Origin: Octopus sinensis
Lineage: Eukaryota
Assembly (NCBI RefSeq): GCF_006345805.1
Contig: NW_021833082.1
Span: 20,952-84,951 of the forward strand
Length of the DNA: 64,000 bases
Direction: 5' to 3'
Below the pieces are notes generated by a model. That model was not told where the DNA came from and searched no databases. It was given only the letters and a program-made list of their open reading frames with translations. The position numbers and the translations under genes were made by a program. Positions 26,311 to 40,400 of the stretch are shown piece by piece. Numbering within the stretch: position 1 is the stretch's first letter; each line of letters begins with the position of its first letter.

Positions 26311-26729
26311 TTCGCCTGGCATGCTAACAATTCTGCCAGCTTGATGCTTTCGTGAGCAATATTAATAATGGTTTCAAATTTTGGCACAAGGCCAGCAAGC
26401 TCAGGAGAGGAGAAAAGTCAATTACATCAACCCCAGTGCCTAAGTGTTACATTATCGACCCTGAGCGGATAAAACGTACAGTTGACCTCAAAGGAAATTT
26501 GAAACCAGAATATGAGGACAGACAAAATGCAGCTAAGCATATTGTTTGGTGTGCTTACATTTCTGTCAGTATAAATCCTTAAATCCTTAAAAATGTTTTA
26601 GCCTGAAGTCCACGGCCATGCTGGGGCACCAACGCTGGTATCTTGAGATGTCTTGTCTACAGACAAACAAACAAACAAACAATCACGAACAAAAACATCT
26701 CCACTTTTGCTAAGGCAGAGGTAATAATA

Positions 26730-27200
26730 ACTCTTTTACTTGTTTCCGTCATTTGACTGTGGCCATGCTGGAGCACCGCATTTAGTCGAGCAAATCGACC
26801 CCAGGACTTATTCTTTTGTAAGCCCAGTACTTATTCTATCGATCTCTTTTGCCGAACCGCTAAGTTTACTCTTTTACTTGTTTCAGTCATTTGACTGTGG
26901 CCATGCTGGAGCACCGCCTTTAGTCGAGCAAATCGACCCCGGGACTTATTCTTTTGTAAGCCCAGTACTTATTCTATCGATCTCTTTTGCCGAACCGCTA
27001 AGTTTACTCTTTTACTTGTTTCAGTCATTTGACTGTGGCCATGCTGGAGCACCGCATTTAGTCGAGCAAATCGACCCCGGGACTTATTCTTTTGTAAGCC
27101 CAGTACTTATTCTATCGATCTCTTTTGCCGAACCGCTAAGTAACGGGGACGTAAACACACCAGCATCGGTTGTCAAGCAATGCTAGGGGGACAAACAAAC

Positions 27201-27231
<31 letters not shown>

Positions 27232-27378
27232 CATATATACGACAGGCTTCTTTCAGTTTCCGTCTACCAAATCCACTCACAAGACATTGGTCGGCCCGAG
27301 GCTATAGTAGAAGATACTTGCCCAAGGTGTCACGCAGTGGGATTGAACCTGGAACCATGTGGTTGGTAAACAAGCTAC
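26730..27378 (-). mobile_element. SINE family A with triplicated 138-bp 3' segment
   Basis: ACTCTTTTACTTGTTTC starts at 26730, 26868 and 27006. Confidence 0.9.
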
Positions 27379-27394
27379 TTACCACACAACCACT

Positions 27395-30125
<2,731 letters not shown>

Positions 30126-30194
30126 ACAAGGTGTATATACTTTTAAACTAGTGATACAGATCAGAACAACACATTTTCATCAGATTTCTGTAAA

Positions 30195-30958
30195 CAAGTG
30201 GTGGTGTTTGTGTTGGTGTCAGTGGTGGTGGTGGTGGTGGTGGTGGTGGCGGCAGCGGTGGTGCGGTAGTGGTGGTGGTGGTGGTGGTGGTGGTTGTGGT
30301 GGCGGCAGTGGCGGCAGTGGTGGTGGTGGTGGTGGTGGTTGTGGTGGCGGCGGTGGTGGTGGTGGGGTGGTGGTGGTGGTGGTGGTGGTGGTGGTGGTGG
30401 TTGTGGTGGTGGTGGGGTGGTGGTGGTGTGGTGGTGGTGGTGGTTGTGGTGGTGATGGTGGTGGTGGTGGCGGCAGCGGTGGTGCGGTAGTGGTGGTGGT
30501 GGCGGCGGTGGTGGTGGTGTTGGTGGTGGTGGTGGTGGTGGTGGTGGTGGTGGTGGTGGTGGTGGTGGTTGTGGTAGTGATGGTGGTGGTGGTGTCGGCA
30601 GTAGTAGTGGTGGTGGTTTTTGGGAGCATTGGTGATGATGATGATGATGTTGATGACGACAATGAGGGTGATGGTGATGGTGGTGGTGGTGGTGGTTTAG
30701 CTAGCAGTGGGTGGTGATGGTGATGATGATGATGGTGATGAAGGTGGCAGTGATGATGATGATGATGATGATGATGACAACTCTGAGGATGATGGTGGTG
30801 TTGGTAGTGGTGATGGTGGTGGTGGTAATGATGGTGATGATGATGGTGAGGAAAATGAAAGCTTGTTGTAATATCGCCAATGGTGGTGGTGGTGGTGGTG
30901 GTGGTGGTGGTGGTGGTGGTGGTGGCTGCAATGGTTGTAGTGGTGGTGGCAGTGGCAT
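30195..30958. repeat. (GGT)n/(GAT)n trinucleotide low-complexity tract
   Basis: Direct reading of the sequence. Confidence 0.9.
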
Positions 30959-31699
30959 TATCTGTGTCTCCAGGTACTTTTATGGCAAACATTTCCTTGT
31001 ATCTGATTGGCTGATGCTATTTTCACTTTCACGAGTTCACATTATGTCAGACCCTTAATTTTTATTTGTATTTGTGTTGTTATTGTTGTTGTTTTTTTGC
31101 TTAGTCATAGAAAGAAGGGCATTGCCCCCATGATGTTGTCAAAAAGGGCCTTGGAGATTGGTAATAGTGGTGCTGCTGGTGGTGCTGGTGGTGGGAATAG
31201 AGGAACGGGGTCAGGTCCTTGAAACTAAGGACCTGGCCCCAAATGTTTGGAACAGTGTGTCTCTGTTGTTGTTTAGTCATGATGTTCAGGCATGGCTAAG
31301 CAGATCTGTAATCAAAGGCATTCCAGCCATGACCATTCAGCATAATTCAGGTATAGGATAATATAGTTTTAGATATGATAGGTTGCTGGTATAACTGTGG
31401 GTTTAAGAAGTTCACTTCTGAACCACATGGTTCCAGGTTCTGTCCCACTGTGTGACACCTTGGGCAAGCATCTTCCACTTTGGACCCCAGACTAACCAAT
31501 GTGGTGTGAGTGAAATTTAAGAGACAAAAACTGTTGAAACCCAAGATAGTGTCTATCCCTGAGGAGGTAAAATAACACCAAAACACTGTGTCTACCAGCT
31601 TGCTAACATTGTTTGATGTGTTTATACATATAAAGTCTATAGGGAGAAATTTGTCATCATCATAGTTTAATATTAATGTCCCATGCTAGTGTAGGTATG

Positions 31700-33100
31700 G
31701 AGGCCCATGGGTAAGTGGTCAAAGTGTTGAATTCATGATCATAAATTGTGGGTTGGATTCCTGGATTGGACAACATGTTGTGTTCTTGAGCAAGACATTT
31801 CATTTCGCGTTGCTCCAGTCTGCTCAGCTGACAAAAATGAGTACTTCTGTGATGGACCAGCATCCCATCCAAGTAGGGAATATATAGATCATAAAACCAG
31901 GAAACCAGCCCTTGTGAGTCCCTATGACTCGAGCCTTAGTGGAGGCACATGGCTTAGTGGTTAGAGTGTTGGATTCAGGATCTTGACGTTGCAGTTTCAA
32001 ACTCTGGACCAGGCAATGCATTGTATTCTTGAGCAAAACACTTTATTCTATTTTGTTCCAGTCCACTCAGCTGGCAAAAATGAGTAACGCTGTGACAGAC
32101 TAGCATCCCATCCAGGTGGGGTACATACATGGGTGGAGGCACATGGCCTAGTGGTTAGAGCGGCGGACTCGCGGTCGAGGGATCGCGGGTTCGAATCTCA
32201 GATCGGGCGATGTGTGTGTTTATGAGCGAAACACCAAAGTCCCACGCGGCTTCGGCAGAAGGTAATGGTGAACTTCTACAAGTCAGTGGAGGCACATGGC
32301 CGAGTGGTTAGAGCAGCGGACTCGTGGTCGAGGGATCGCGGGTTTGAATCTCAGATCGGGCGATGTGTGTGTTTATGAGCGAAACACCAAAGTCCCATGC
32401 GGTTTCGGCAGAAGGTAATGGTGAACTTCTACAAGTCAGTGGAGGCACATGGCCTAGTGGTTAGAGCAGCGGACTCGTGGTCGAGGGATCGCGGGTTCGA
32501 ATCTCAGACCAGGCGATGTGTGTGTTTACGAGCGAAACACCTAAGCTCCACGCGGCTCCGGCAGAAGGTAATGGCGAAACTTCTGCTGATTCTTTCGCCA
32601 CAACTTTCTCTCGCTCTTTCCTCCTGCATCTTGCAGCTCACCTGCGACGGACCGGCGTCCCGTCCGGGTGGGGAACTTATACACCAAGGAAACCGGGAAA
32701 CTGGCCTTTATGAGCCTGGCATGGCTCAAGCAGGAACATTGTGGAGGCATATGGCCTATTGGTTAGAGCAGCGGATTCGCAGTTGAGGGATCGCGGGTTC
32801 GAATCTCAGACAGGGCAATGTGTGTGTTTATGAGCGAAAACACCTAAGCTCCACGCAGCTCCAGCAGAAGATAATGGCGAACTTCTGCTGACTCTTTCGC
32901 CACTACTTTCTCTCACTCTTTCCTCCTGCATCTTGCAGCTCACCTGCGACAGACCAGTGTTCCATCCAGGTGGGGAACCTATATGCCAAGGAAACCGGGA
33001 AACCGGCCCTTATGAGCCAGGCGTGGCTCAAGAAGGAACAACATACATGCCATGGAAAGCAGGAAATTGACCCTTATGAGCCGACATGGCTTGAGAAGGT
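31700..33100 (+). mobile_element. Cluster of SINE family C-like copies; the second is split by the SINE-B tetramer
   Basis: GGAGGCCCATGG and GGAGGCACATGG heads at ~31700 and ~31941 with a TTCTTGAGCAA(G/A)ACA body. The host resumes CATGCCATGGAAAGCAGGAAA after 33049. Confidence 0.7.
32132..33040 (+). mobile_element. Multimeric SINE family B (head-head-full-full)
   Basis: Heads at ~32133, 32286, 32437 and 32741. Flanked by ACATACATG at 32123-32131 and 33041-33049. Confidence 0.9.
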
Positions 33101-33579
33101 AACTTTATCTTTATCTTACTAGCATTGGCAGGGGTAGTTTGACAAAATCCAGTGGATCTGAGGAACGCATTGTGCTCCAGTGTCTTCTTTGTCAAAGTTT
33201 CTACAGCTGGATGTCCTTCTTAATACCAACCACTTTACAGAGAATAGTGGGTGCTCTTTTCTTTTTTTTTATGTGGAACTAGTACAAGCGAGGTTGTCAT
33301 GGAGCTTGCAAAACTAAAATCCTCCTTCAAATTGCTAAGGCTACTATAAAGATTTGTGGTGGGGGGAGAATTTATGCTAAGAAATGAGAGGAGAAAGTAA
33401 AAAGCTTCATCTTTTTCCCTACAAGAGATATTTTTTCCCTTCAATACTTGCTCACTGTTATCAATAGTCTTATCTACTTCACATTCTACTGTTAAAACTA
33501 ATATATTTTACATCTCCAAAAGTTTTTAAATTTCATGTAGTATAAGCATGTAATATAAATCGAAATCGAAATTGAACCA

Positions 33580-34132
33580 ATCCTATGACTGGCACCCGGC
33601 AGTTGCCAGGACCGCTGGACTGAATCCTGTGCAGGTGGCAAGTGAAGAAACACCATTTTGACCCTGTGCTTGAGGAGATCTATTGAGTCAAGTACACCGA
33701 CATCAAAATCAACGGAAACTGCAGTTGTGATCCCTGAGCTGGTGGCACGTAAACAGCACCATCTGAAGGTGGCCGATGCCAGCGCCGCCTAAACTGGCTT
33801 CCATGCCGGTGGTACGTAAAAAAGTGCTATCCGAATCGTGGCCGATGCCAGCGTTGCCTCGACTGACTTCTGTGCCGGTGGCACGTAAAATGCACCAATC
33901 CGATCGTGGCCATTTTCCAGCCTCCTCTGGCACCTGTGCCGGTGGCACGTAAAAAGCACCCACTACACTCACGGAGTGGTTGGCGTTAGGAAGGGCATCC
34001 AGCAGTAGAAACACTGTCAGATCAGACTGGAGCCTGGTGCAGCCTTCTGGCTTCCCAGACCCCCGTTGAACCGTCCAACCCATGCTAGCATGGAGAACGG
34101 ACGTTAAACGATGATTATGATGATGATGATAA
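33580..34132 (+). mobile_element. RTE-type LINE 3' UTR with (GAT)n tail
   Basis: Repeated GGTGGCACGTAAAAAGCACC motifs; ends AACCCATGCTAGCATGGAGAACGGACGTTAAACGATGATTATGATG. Confidence 0.8.
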
Positions 34133-34321
34133 TAAGCAATATCTATATAGGCACAGGCACAGCTGTGTGGTAAGAAGCTTACGTCACAACCATATGGTTC
34201 CAGGTTCAGTCCCACTGCATGGCATCTCGGGCAAGAGTCTTCTACTATAGCTTTGGGCCAACCAAAGCCTTGTGCATGGCTTTAGTAGACAGAAACTAAA
34301 AGAAGTCTATCATATATAATA

Positions 34322-34357
<36 letters not shown>

Positions 34358-34363
<6 letters not shown>

Positions 34364-34664
34364 ATCATGTGACCGACCAGGCTATCAGATGTTGCTACAC
34401 ATCGCTGGTCACAATGCGCTTTGCATTGTTTTAGCCTTCAAATGACGCCACCCCACTGGCTAAGCGAGCAGGCCAATAGAAGAAAGAGTGAAAGAAAGTT
34501 GCGGCGAAAGAGTACAGCAGGGATCACCACCACCCCCTGCTGAAGCCTCATGGAGCTTTTAGGTGATTTCGCTCTCTAAACACTCACATCGCCCGGCCTG
34601 AGAAACGAAACCGCGATCCTACGACTGCGAGTCCGCTGCCCTAACCACTGGGCCATTGCACCTC

Positions 34665-34668
<4 letters not shown>
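34358..34668 (-). mobile_element. SINE with family B head and a different 3' tail
   Basis: Reverse-strand head GTGGAGGTGCAATGGCCCAGTGGTTAGGGCAGCGGACTCGCAGTCG; tail ends ...GCCTGGTCGGTCACATGATCACGTGATA. Confidence 0.75.
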
Positions 34669-34707
<39 letters not shown>

Positions 34708-34724
34708 CAGGCTTCTTTCAGTTT

Positions 34725-35110
34725 CTTATTTCTTTATTGCCCATAAAGGGCTAAACATAGAGGGGACAAACAAGGACAGACAAAGGGATTAAGCCAATAA
34801 CATTGACCCCAGTGCATAACTTGTACTTAATTTATCGACCCCCGAAAGGATAAAAGGCAAAGTCGACCTCAGCAGAACTTGAACTCAGAACGTAGTGGCA
34901 GACAAAATACTGCTAAGCATTTTGCCCGGCGTGCTAACGATTCAGCCAGCTCGCCAAAAGGCTTCTTTCAGTTTCTGTCCAACAAATTCACTCACAAAAT
35001 TTTCGTTGACCCAAGGTTAAAGTAGGAGACACTTGCTCAAGGTGCCATGCAGTGGCACTGAACCTGGAACTATGTGGTTGGTAAGCAAGCTACTTACCAC
35101 ACAGCCACTA
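34725..35110 (-). mobile_element. SINE family D copy nested in a SINE family A head
   Basis: GGCTTCTTTCAGTTTC occurs at ~34710 and again at ~34960 around the D copy. Confidence 0.75.
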
Positions 35111-35486
35111 TATATATATTTGGTCACATTTGGTGACATTTGTAGTTCTAACAACGTAGGTGTTTCCTAGTACCCTAGTCACATTTAGTGACATTTGTAA
35201 TTCTCCTTTTAAGTAAAACAATGCAGTTATATTAATTTTACATATATATATATATATTATATATATATATATATTATATATAATATATATATTATATATA
35301 TTATATATAATATATATATATATATATAATATATATATATATAATATATATAATATATATAATATATAATAATAATATTTATAATATATAATAATATATA
35401 TAAAATTAATAAATAAATAAAATATATGCATATATACATACATATATGTACGTACCTACCTCTACATGTATATATACATGCATATA

Positions 35487-35758
35487 TGGGTACAGGACAC
35501 CAAAAAAACGTTGAATACAATGAGAAACGAAAACATAGACACAAAACCAAAGAAATGGACATTTTTTTAAAACAACGAAAAAATAGAGTAGGGGACAAAT
35601 AACACAAGGAAAAAAACCCTTCTTCAGTCGCCTTAATTTCAACTACTCCACATTATATCTCGGTCACTTCAGAAGAGTAACCGCACGTGGACTGTTGGCA
35701 ATTTTTCCTTGTTTTTCCTTCTTTCTCTTCGGACTTTCCTGTTTCCAACGAAGAGCTA
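35487..35758. mobile_element. Penelope-type terminal remnants
   Basis: 35665-35758 aligns with 45365-45455 (AACCGC...GTTTCC(A/G)ACGAAGAGCT). It is cut by a MITE inside the hammerhead motif. Confidence 0.5.
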
Positions 35759-35890
35759 GGATCTTTTCGGTTTGACCGGCAGTTTTTTTCTAGCGGTGTC
35801 ATATGAAATTGTCATCTATAATTATGACCCTAGTCATCGATCTATTGCATTTCAATCTGTTTTAGGGTTAGGGTTAGAGTTAGGGTTAGG
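35759..35890 (+). mobile_element. Merlin-like MITE left end, truncated at its TTAGGG tract
   Basis: Left TIR at 35759. Homology stops after TTAGGGTTAGGGTTAGAGTTAGGGTTAGGG. Confidence 0.85.
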
Positions 35891-36084
35891 GAATAGTTTT
35901 GTTATCCAGCTCTGTTTACGAGTGACCCCTCAGTTTATGGCCACACGGTATCTTTTTTTCTCCCAGGTATTTGGGTCGATGGAGCAACGGATGGAAGGTG
36001 GTCTTGAGCTTGTCTAGAAAATGGAATTCAGGGGTTCTATACGATCTACTGCCTGGGGCCAACTCCACAAAGAGGAGTTGACAA

Positions 36085-36476
36085 TAGAGGTGCATCATCA
36101 TCATTATCATCGACATCATTGTCATTAACATCATCATCACCGTCATCATCATCATCATCATCATCGTCATCATTTCCATCATCATCATTGTCATAACCAT
36201 TAACATCATCATCACCATTGTCATCGTCATCACCATCATCATCTTTATCATCATCATCATCATCATCATCATCGTCATCGTCATCTCCATCATCATCATC
36301 ATTGTCATAACCATTAACATCATCATCACCATTGTCATCGTCATCACCATCATCATCTTCATCATCATCCTCATCATCATTATCATCGTCATCATCATCT
36401 CCATCATCATCATCATTGTTATAACCATCAGCATCATTATCCTCACTATTGTCATCGTCATCACCATCATCATCTA
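36085..36476. repeat. (CAT)n degenerate trinucleotide tract, next to RTE-3'-like sequence on the minus strand
   Basis: Direct reading; followed by GACGCCCTTCCTGTTGCCAAC. Confidence 0.9.
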
Positions 36477-36742
36477 AACTTTCACATTGTCATCTTATAG
36501 TGGGACGGAATTTGTTGAGGCAGATTTTCAACAAATTGACGCCCTTCCTGTTGCCAACACTTGCCTGTTTCAAAGTAGGGTAATATTTCCCCCTTGGCCA
36601 GACACGTTTTCATGAATGATTAGAAACACTCATATATGATGCTTATTCACACGATGTCAAGAGGTGCTGGAGATCATGGACCTCTGAAGAATCATAGTTT
36701 TTCTTGGGAAAGATAAGTCAGTGACAGTGGCTTCCAGTTTAT

Positions 36743-36962
36743 CCCTCTAGTGTTTAAACTGGCCATATCTGGCCCAGATATTCTACATGTTTTATATTCA
36801 AACTGGCCAAATCCAGCCTCTTACACCTAACCTATATTGACATTCTAAAAATAGACAATCACATCATTGAAACCTCAAAGCTATAACAAAATGCATGATT
36901 AATTCAAAACAATTTGAGTGAAAAAGTATTACATTTAACAGAGTAATCTGAACACTAAAGGG
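36743..36962 (-). mobile_element. piggyBac-like MITE, a dispersed relative of the 108-bp satellite's source element
   Basis: TTAT|CCCTCTAGTGTT ... AACACTAAAGGG|TTAT. The interior is the reverse complement of the 108-bp unit. Confidence 0.8.
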
Positions 36963-37124
36963 TTATTTTCTGTTTGCTCAGCTAATCTCCTGATCCCTTG
37001 AGCTTACCCTTAAAGTACAGAGCCTATTTAACCTTTAGACAGGACTGATTCATGTCACATCAGAGCATGTCCACATAATAGTGGGCCCATGTAATAGATG
37101 TCCTCACCTGCATCCTTTATACCT

Positions 37125-37355
37125 ATTTCTTTACTACCCACACGGGGTTAAGCACAGAGAGGACAAACAAGGACAGACAAATGGATTAAGTTGATTGTAT
37201 CGACCCCAGTGCGTAACTGGTACTTATTTAATCGACCCCGAAAGGATGAAAGGCAAAGTCAACCTCGGCGGAATTTGAACTCAGAACATAGCAGCAGACG
37301 AAATACTGCTAAGTATTTCGCCCGGCATGCTAACGGTTCTGCCAGCTCACCGCCT
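37125..37355 (-). mobile_element. SINE family D, full length
   Basis: Reverse complement of the 14766-14995 type. Confidence 0.85.
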
Positions 37356-37496
37356 TTGCATCCTGTATACCTTAGCTCTTTGACCCTTAACTGCAGTCTT
37401 TGGGAAGTGCTACAGCCTTAGGCCAAAGCAGACCCAAGTGGAGTGAGGATAAACCCTTTAGTGTTTAGGGTCAAATGTAACCCTTATTTATCCACA

Positions 37497-40400
37497 TTGT
37501 TTTCAATTAATCATGCATTATCTCATAGCTTTGAGATTTCAATGATACAATTGTTTATTTTTAGAATAACATTGTAGGGTAGGTGTGAGAGGCTGGATCT
37601 GGCCTGGTTTTCAATTAATCCTGCATTATCACATAGCTTTGAGATTTCAATGATGTGATTGTTTATTTTTAGAATGACATTGTAGGGTTGGTGTGAGAGA
37701 CTGGATCTAGCCCTGTTTTGAATTAATCATGCATTATCTCATAGCTTTGAGATTTCAATGATGCAATTGTTTATTTTTAGAATGACATTGTAGGGTAGGT
37801 GTGAGAGGCTGGATCTGGCCTTGTTTTGAATTAATTATGCATTATCTCATAGCTTTGAGAGTTCAATGATGTGATTGTTTATTTTTAGAATGACATTGTA
37901 GGGCAGGTGTGAGAGGCTGGATCTGGCCTTGTTTTCAATTAATCATGCATTATCTCATAGCTTTGAGAGTTCAATGATGTGATTGTTTATTTTTAGAATG
38001 ACATTGTAGGGTAGGTGTGAGAGGCTGGATCTGGCCTTGCTTTGAATTAATCATGCATTATCTCATAGCTTTAAGAGTTCAACAATGTGATTGTTTATTT
38101 TTAGAATGACATTGTAGGGTAGGTGTGAGAGGCTGGATCTGGCCTTGTTTTGAATTAATCATGCATTATCTCATAGCTTTGAGATTTCACTGATGCGATT
38201 GTTAATTTTTATAATGACATTGTAGGGTAGGTGTGAGAGGCAGGATCTGGCTTTGTTTTGAATTAATCATGTATTATCTCATAGCTTTGAGATTTCAATG
38301 ATGTGATTGTTTATTTTTAGAATGACATTGTAGGGTAGGTGTGAGAGGCTGGATCTGGCCTTGTTTTGAATTAATCATGTATTATCTCATAGCTTTGAGA
38401 TTTCAATGATGTGATTGTTTATTTTTAGAATGACATTGTAGGGTAGGTGTGAGAGGCTGGATCTGGCCCTTGTTTTGAATTAATCATGCATTATCTCATA
38501 GCTTTGAGATTTCAATGATGTGATTGTTTATTTTTAGAATGACATTGTAGGGTAGGTGTGAGAGGCTGGATCTGGCCTTGTTTTGAATTAATCATGTATT
38601 ATCTCATAGCTTTGAGATTTCAATGATGTGATTGTTTATTTTTAGAATGACATTGTAGGGTAGGTGTCAGAGGCTGGATCTGGCCCTTGTTTTGAATTAA
38701 TCATGCATTATCTCATAGCTTTGAGATTTCAATGATGTGATTGTTTATTTTTAGAATGACATTGTAGGGTAGGTGTGAGAGGCTGGATCTGGCCTTGTTT
38801 TGAATTAATCATGTATTATCTCATAGCTTTGAGATTTCAATGATGTGATTGTTTATTTTTAGAATGACATTGTAGGGTAGGTGTGAGAGGCTGGATCTGG
38901 CCTTGTTTTGAATTAATCATGCATTATCTCATAGCTTTGAGATTTCAATGATGCGATTGTTTATTTTTAGAATGACATTGTAGAGTAGGTGTGAGAGGCT
39001 GGATCTGGCCTTGTTTTGAATTAATCATGTATTATCTCATAGCTTTGAGATTTCAATGATGCAATTGTTTATTTTTAGAATGACATTGTAGGGTAGGTGT
39101 GAGAGGCAGGATCTGGCTTTGTTTTGAATTAATCATGTATTATCTCATAGCTTTGAGATTTCACTGATGCGATTGTTTATTTTTAGAATGACATTGTAGA
39201 GTAGGTGTGAGAGGCTGGATCTGGCCTTGTTTTGAATTAATCATGTATTATCTCATAGCTTTGAGATTTCAATGATGCAATTGTTTATTTTTAGAATGAC
39301 ATTGTAGGGTAGGTGTGAGAGGCAGGATCTGGCTTTGTTTTGAATTAATCATGTATTATCTCATAGCTTTGAGATTTCACTGATGCGATTGTTTATTTTT
39401 AGAATGACATTGTAGAGTAGGTGTGAGAGGCTGGATCTGGCCTTGTTTTGAATTAATCATGTATTATCTCATAGCTTTGAGATTTCAATGATGCAATTGT
39501 TTATTTTTAGAATGACATTGTAGGGTAGGTGTGAGAGGCAGGATCTGGCTTTGTTTTGAATTAATCATGTATTATCTCATAGCTTTGAGATTTCACTGAT
39601 GTGATTGTTTATTTTTAGAATGACATTGTAGAGTAGGTGTGAGAGGCTGGATCTGGCCTTGTTTTGAATTAATCATGTATTATCTCATAGCTTTGAGATT
39701 TCAATGATGCAATTGTTTATTTTTAGAATGACATTGTAGGGTAGGTGTGAGAGGCAGGATCTGGCTTTGTTTTGAATTAATCATGTATATCATAGCTTTG
39801 AGATTTCACTGATGCGATTGTTTTTTTTAGAATGACATTGTAGAGTAGGTGTGAGAGGCTGGATCTGGCCTTGTTTTGAATTAATCATGTATTATCTCAT
39901 AGCTTTGAGATTTCAATGATGCAATTGTTTATTTTTAGAATGACATTGTAGGGTAGTGTGAGAGGCAGGATCTGGCTTTGTTTTGAATTAATCATGTATT
40001 ATCTCATAGCTTTGAGATTTCACTGATGTGATTGTTTATTTTTAGAATGACATTGTAGAGTAGGTGTGAGAGGCTGGATCTGGCCTTGTCTTGAATTAAT
40101 CATGTATTATCTCATAGCTTTGAGATTTCACTGATGCAATTGTTTATTTTTAGAATGACATTGTAGGGTAGGTGTGAGAGGCAGGATCTGGCTTTGTTTT
40201 GAATTAATCATGTATTATCTCATAGCTTTGAGATTTCACTGATGTGATTGTTTATTTTTAGAATGACATTGTAGAGTAGGTGTGAGAGGCTGGATCTGGC
40301 CTTGTTTTGAATTAATCATGTATTATCTCATAGCTTTGAGATTTCACTGATGCAATTGTTTATTTTTAGAATGACATTGTAGGGTAGGTGTGAGAGGCTG

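Noticed and set aside
30151-31058. Poly-G/V/T/P/H/M ORFs that could be mistaken for mucin- or glycine-rich proteins
   Set aside because: All frames on both strands are open because of the (GGT)n repeat. There is no unique coding flank or splice support.
31007-31222. 71-aa ORF with a hydrophobic stretch and basic residues (small membrane protein-like)
   Set aside because: It starts at TTG, the hydrophobic part comes from a (GTT)/T-rich low-complexity run, and I recognise no homology.
32133-32210. SINE heads (families A-D) as tRNA genes
   Set aside because: A and B boxes are present, but there is no complete acceptor stem, and each head continues into a multi-copy SINE body.
35620-35640. Minus-strand CTGAAGA as another hammerhead core
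   Set aside because: No GAAA follows the putative stem II in this copy.
35860-35890. TTAGGG runs as a true telomere or chromosome-fusion site
   Set aside because: Only 2-5 units, always at the same internal position of the MITE.
35955-36080. Possible exon after the acceptor-like TTTTTTCTCCCAG
   Set aside because: All three frames stop within ~120 nt, no recognisable product emerges, and there is no supporting neighbouring exon.
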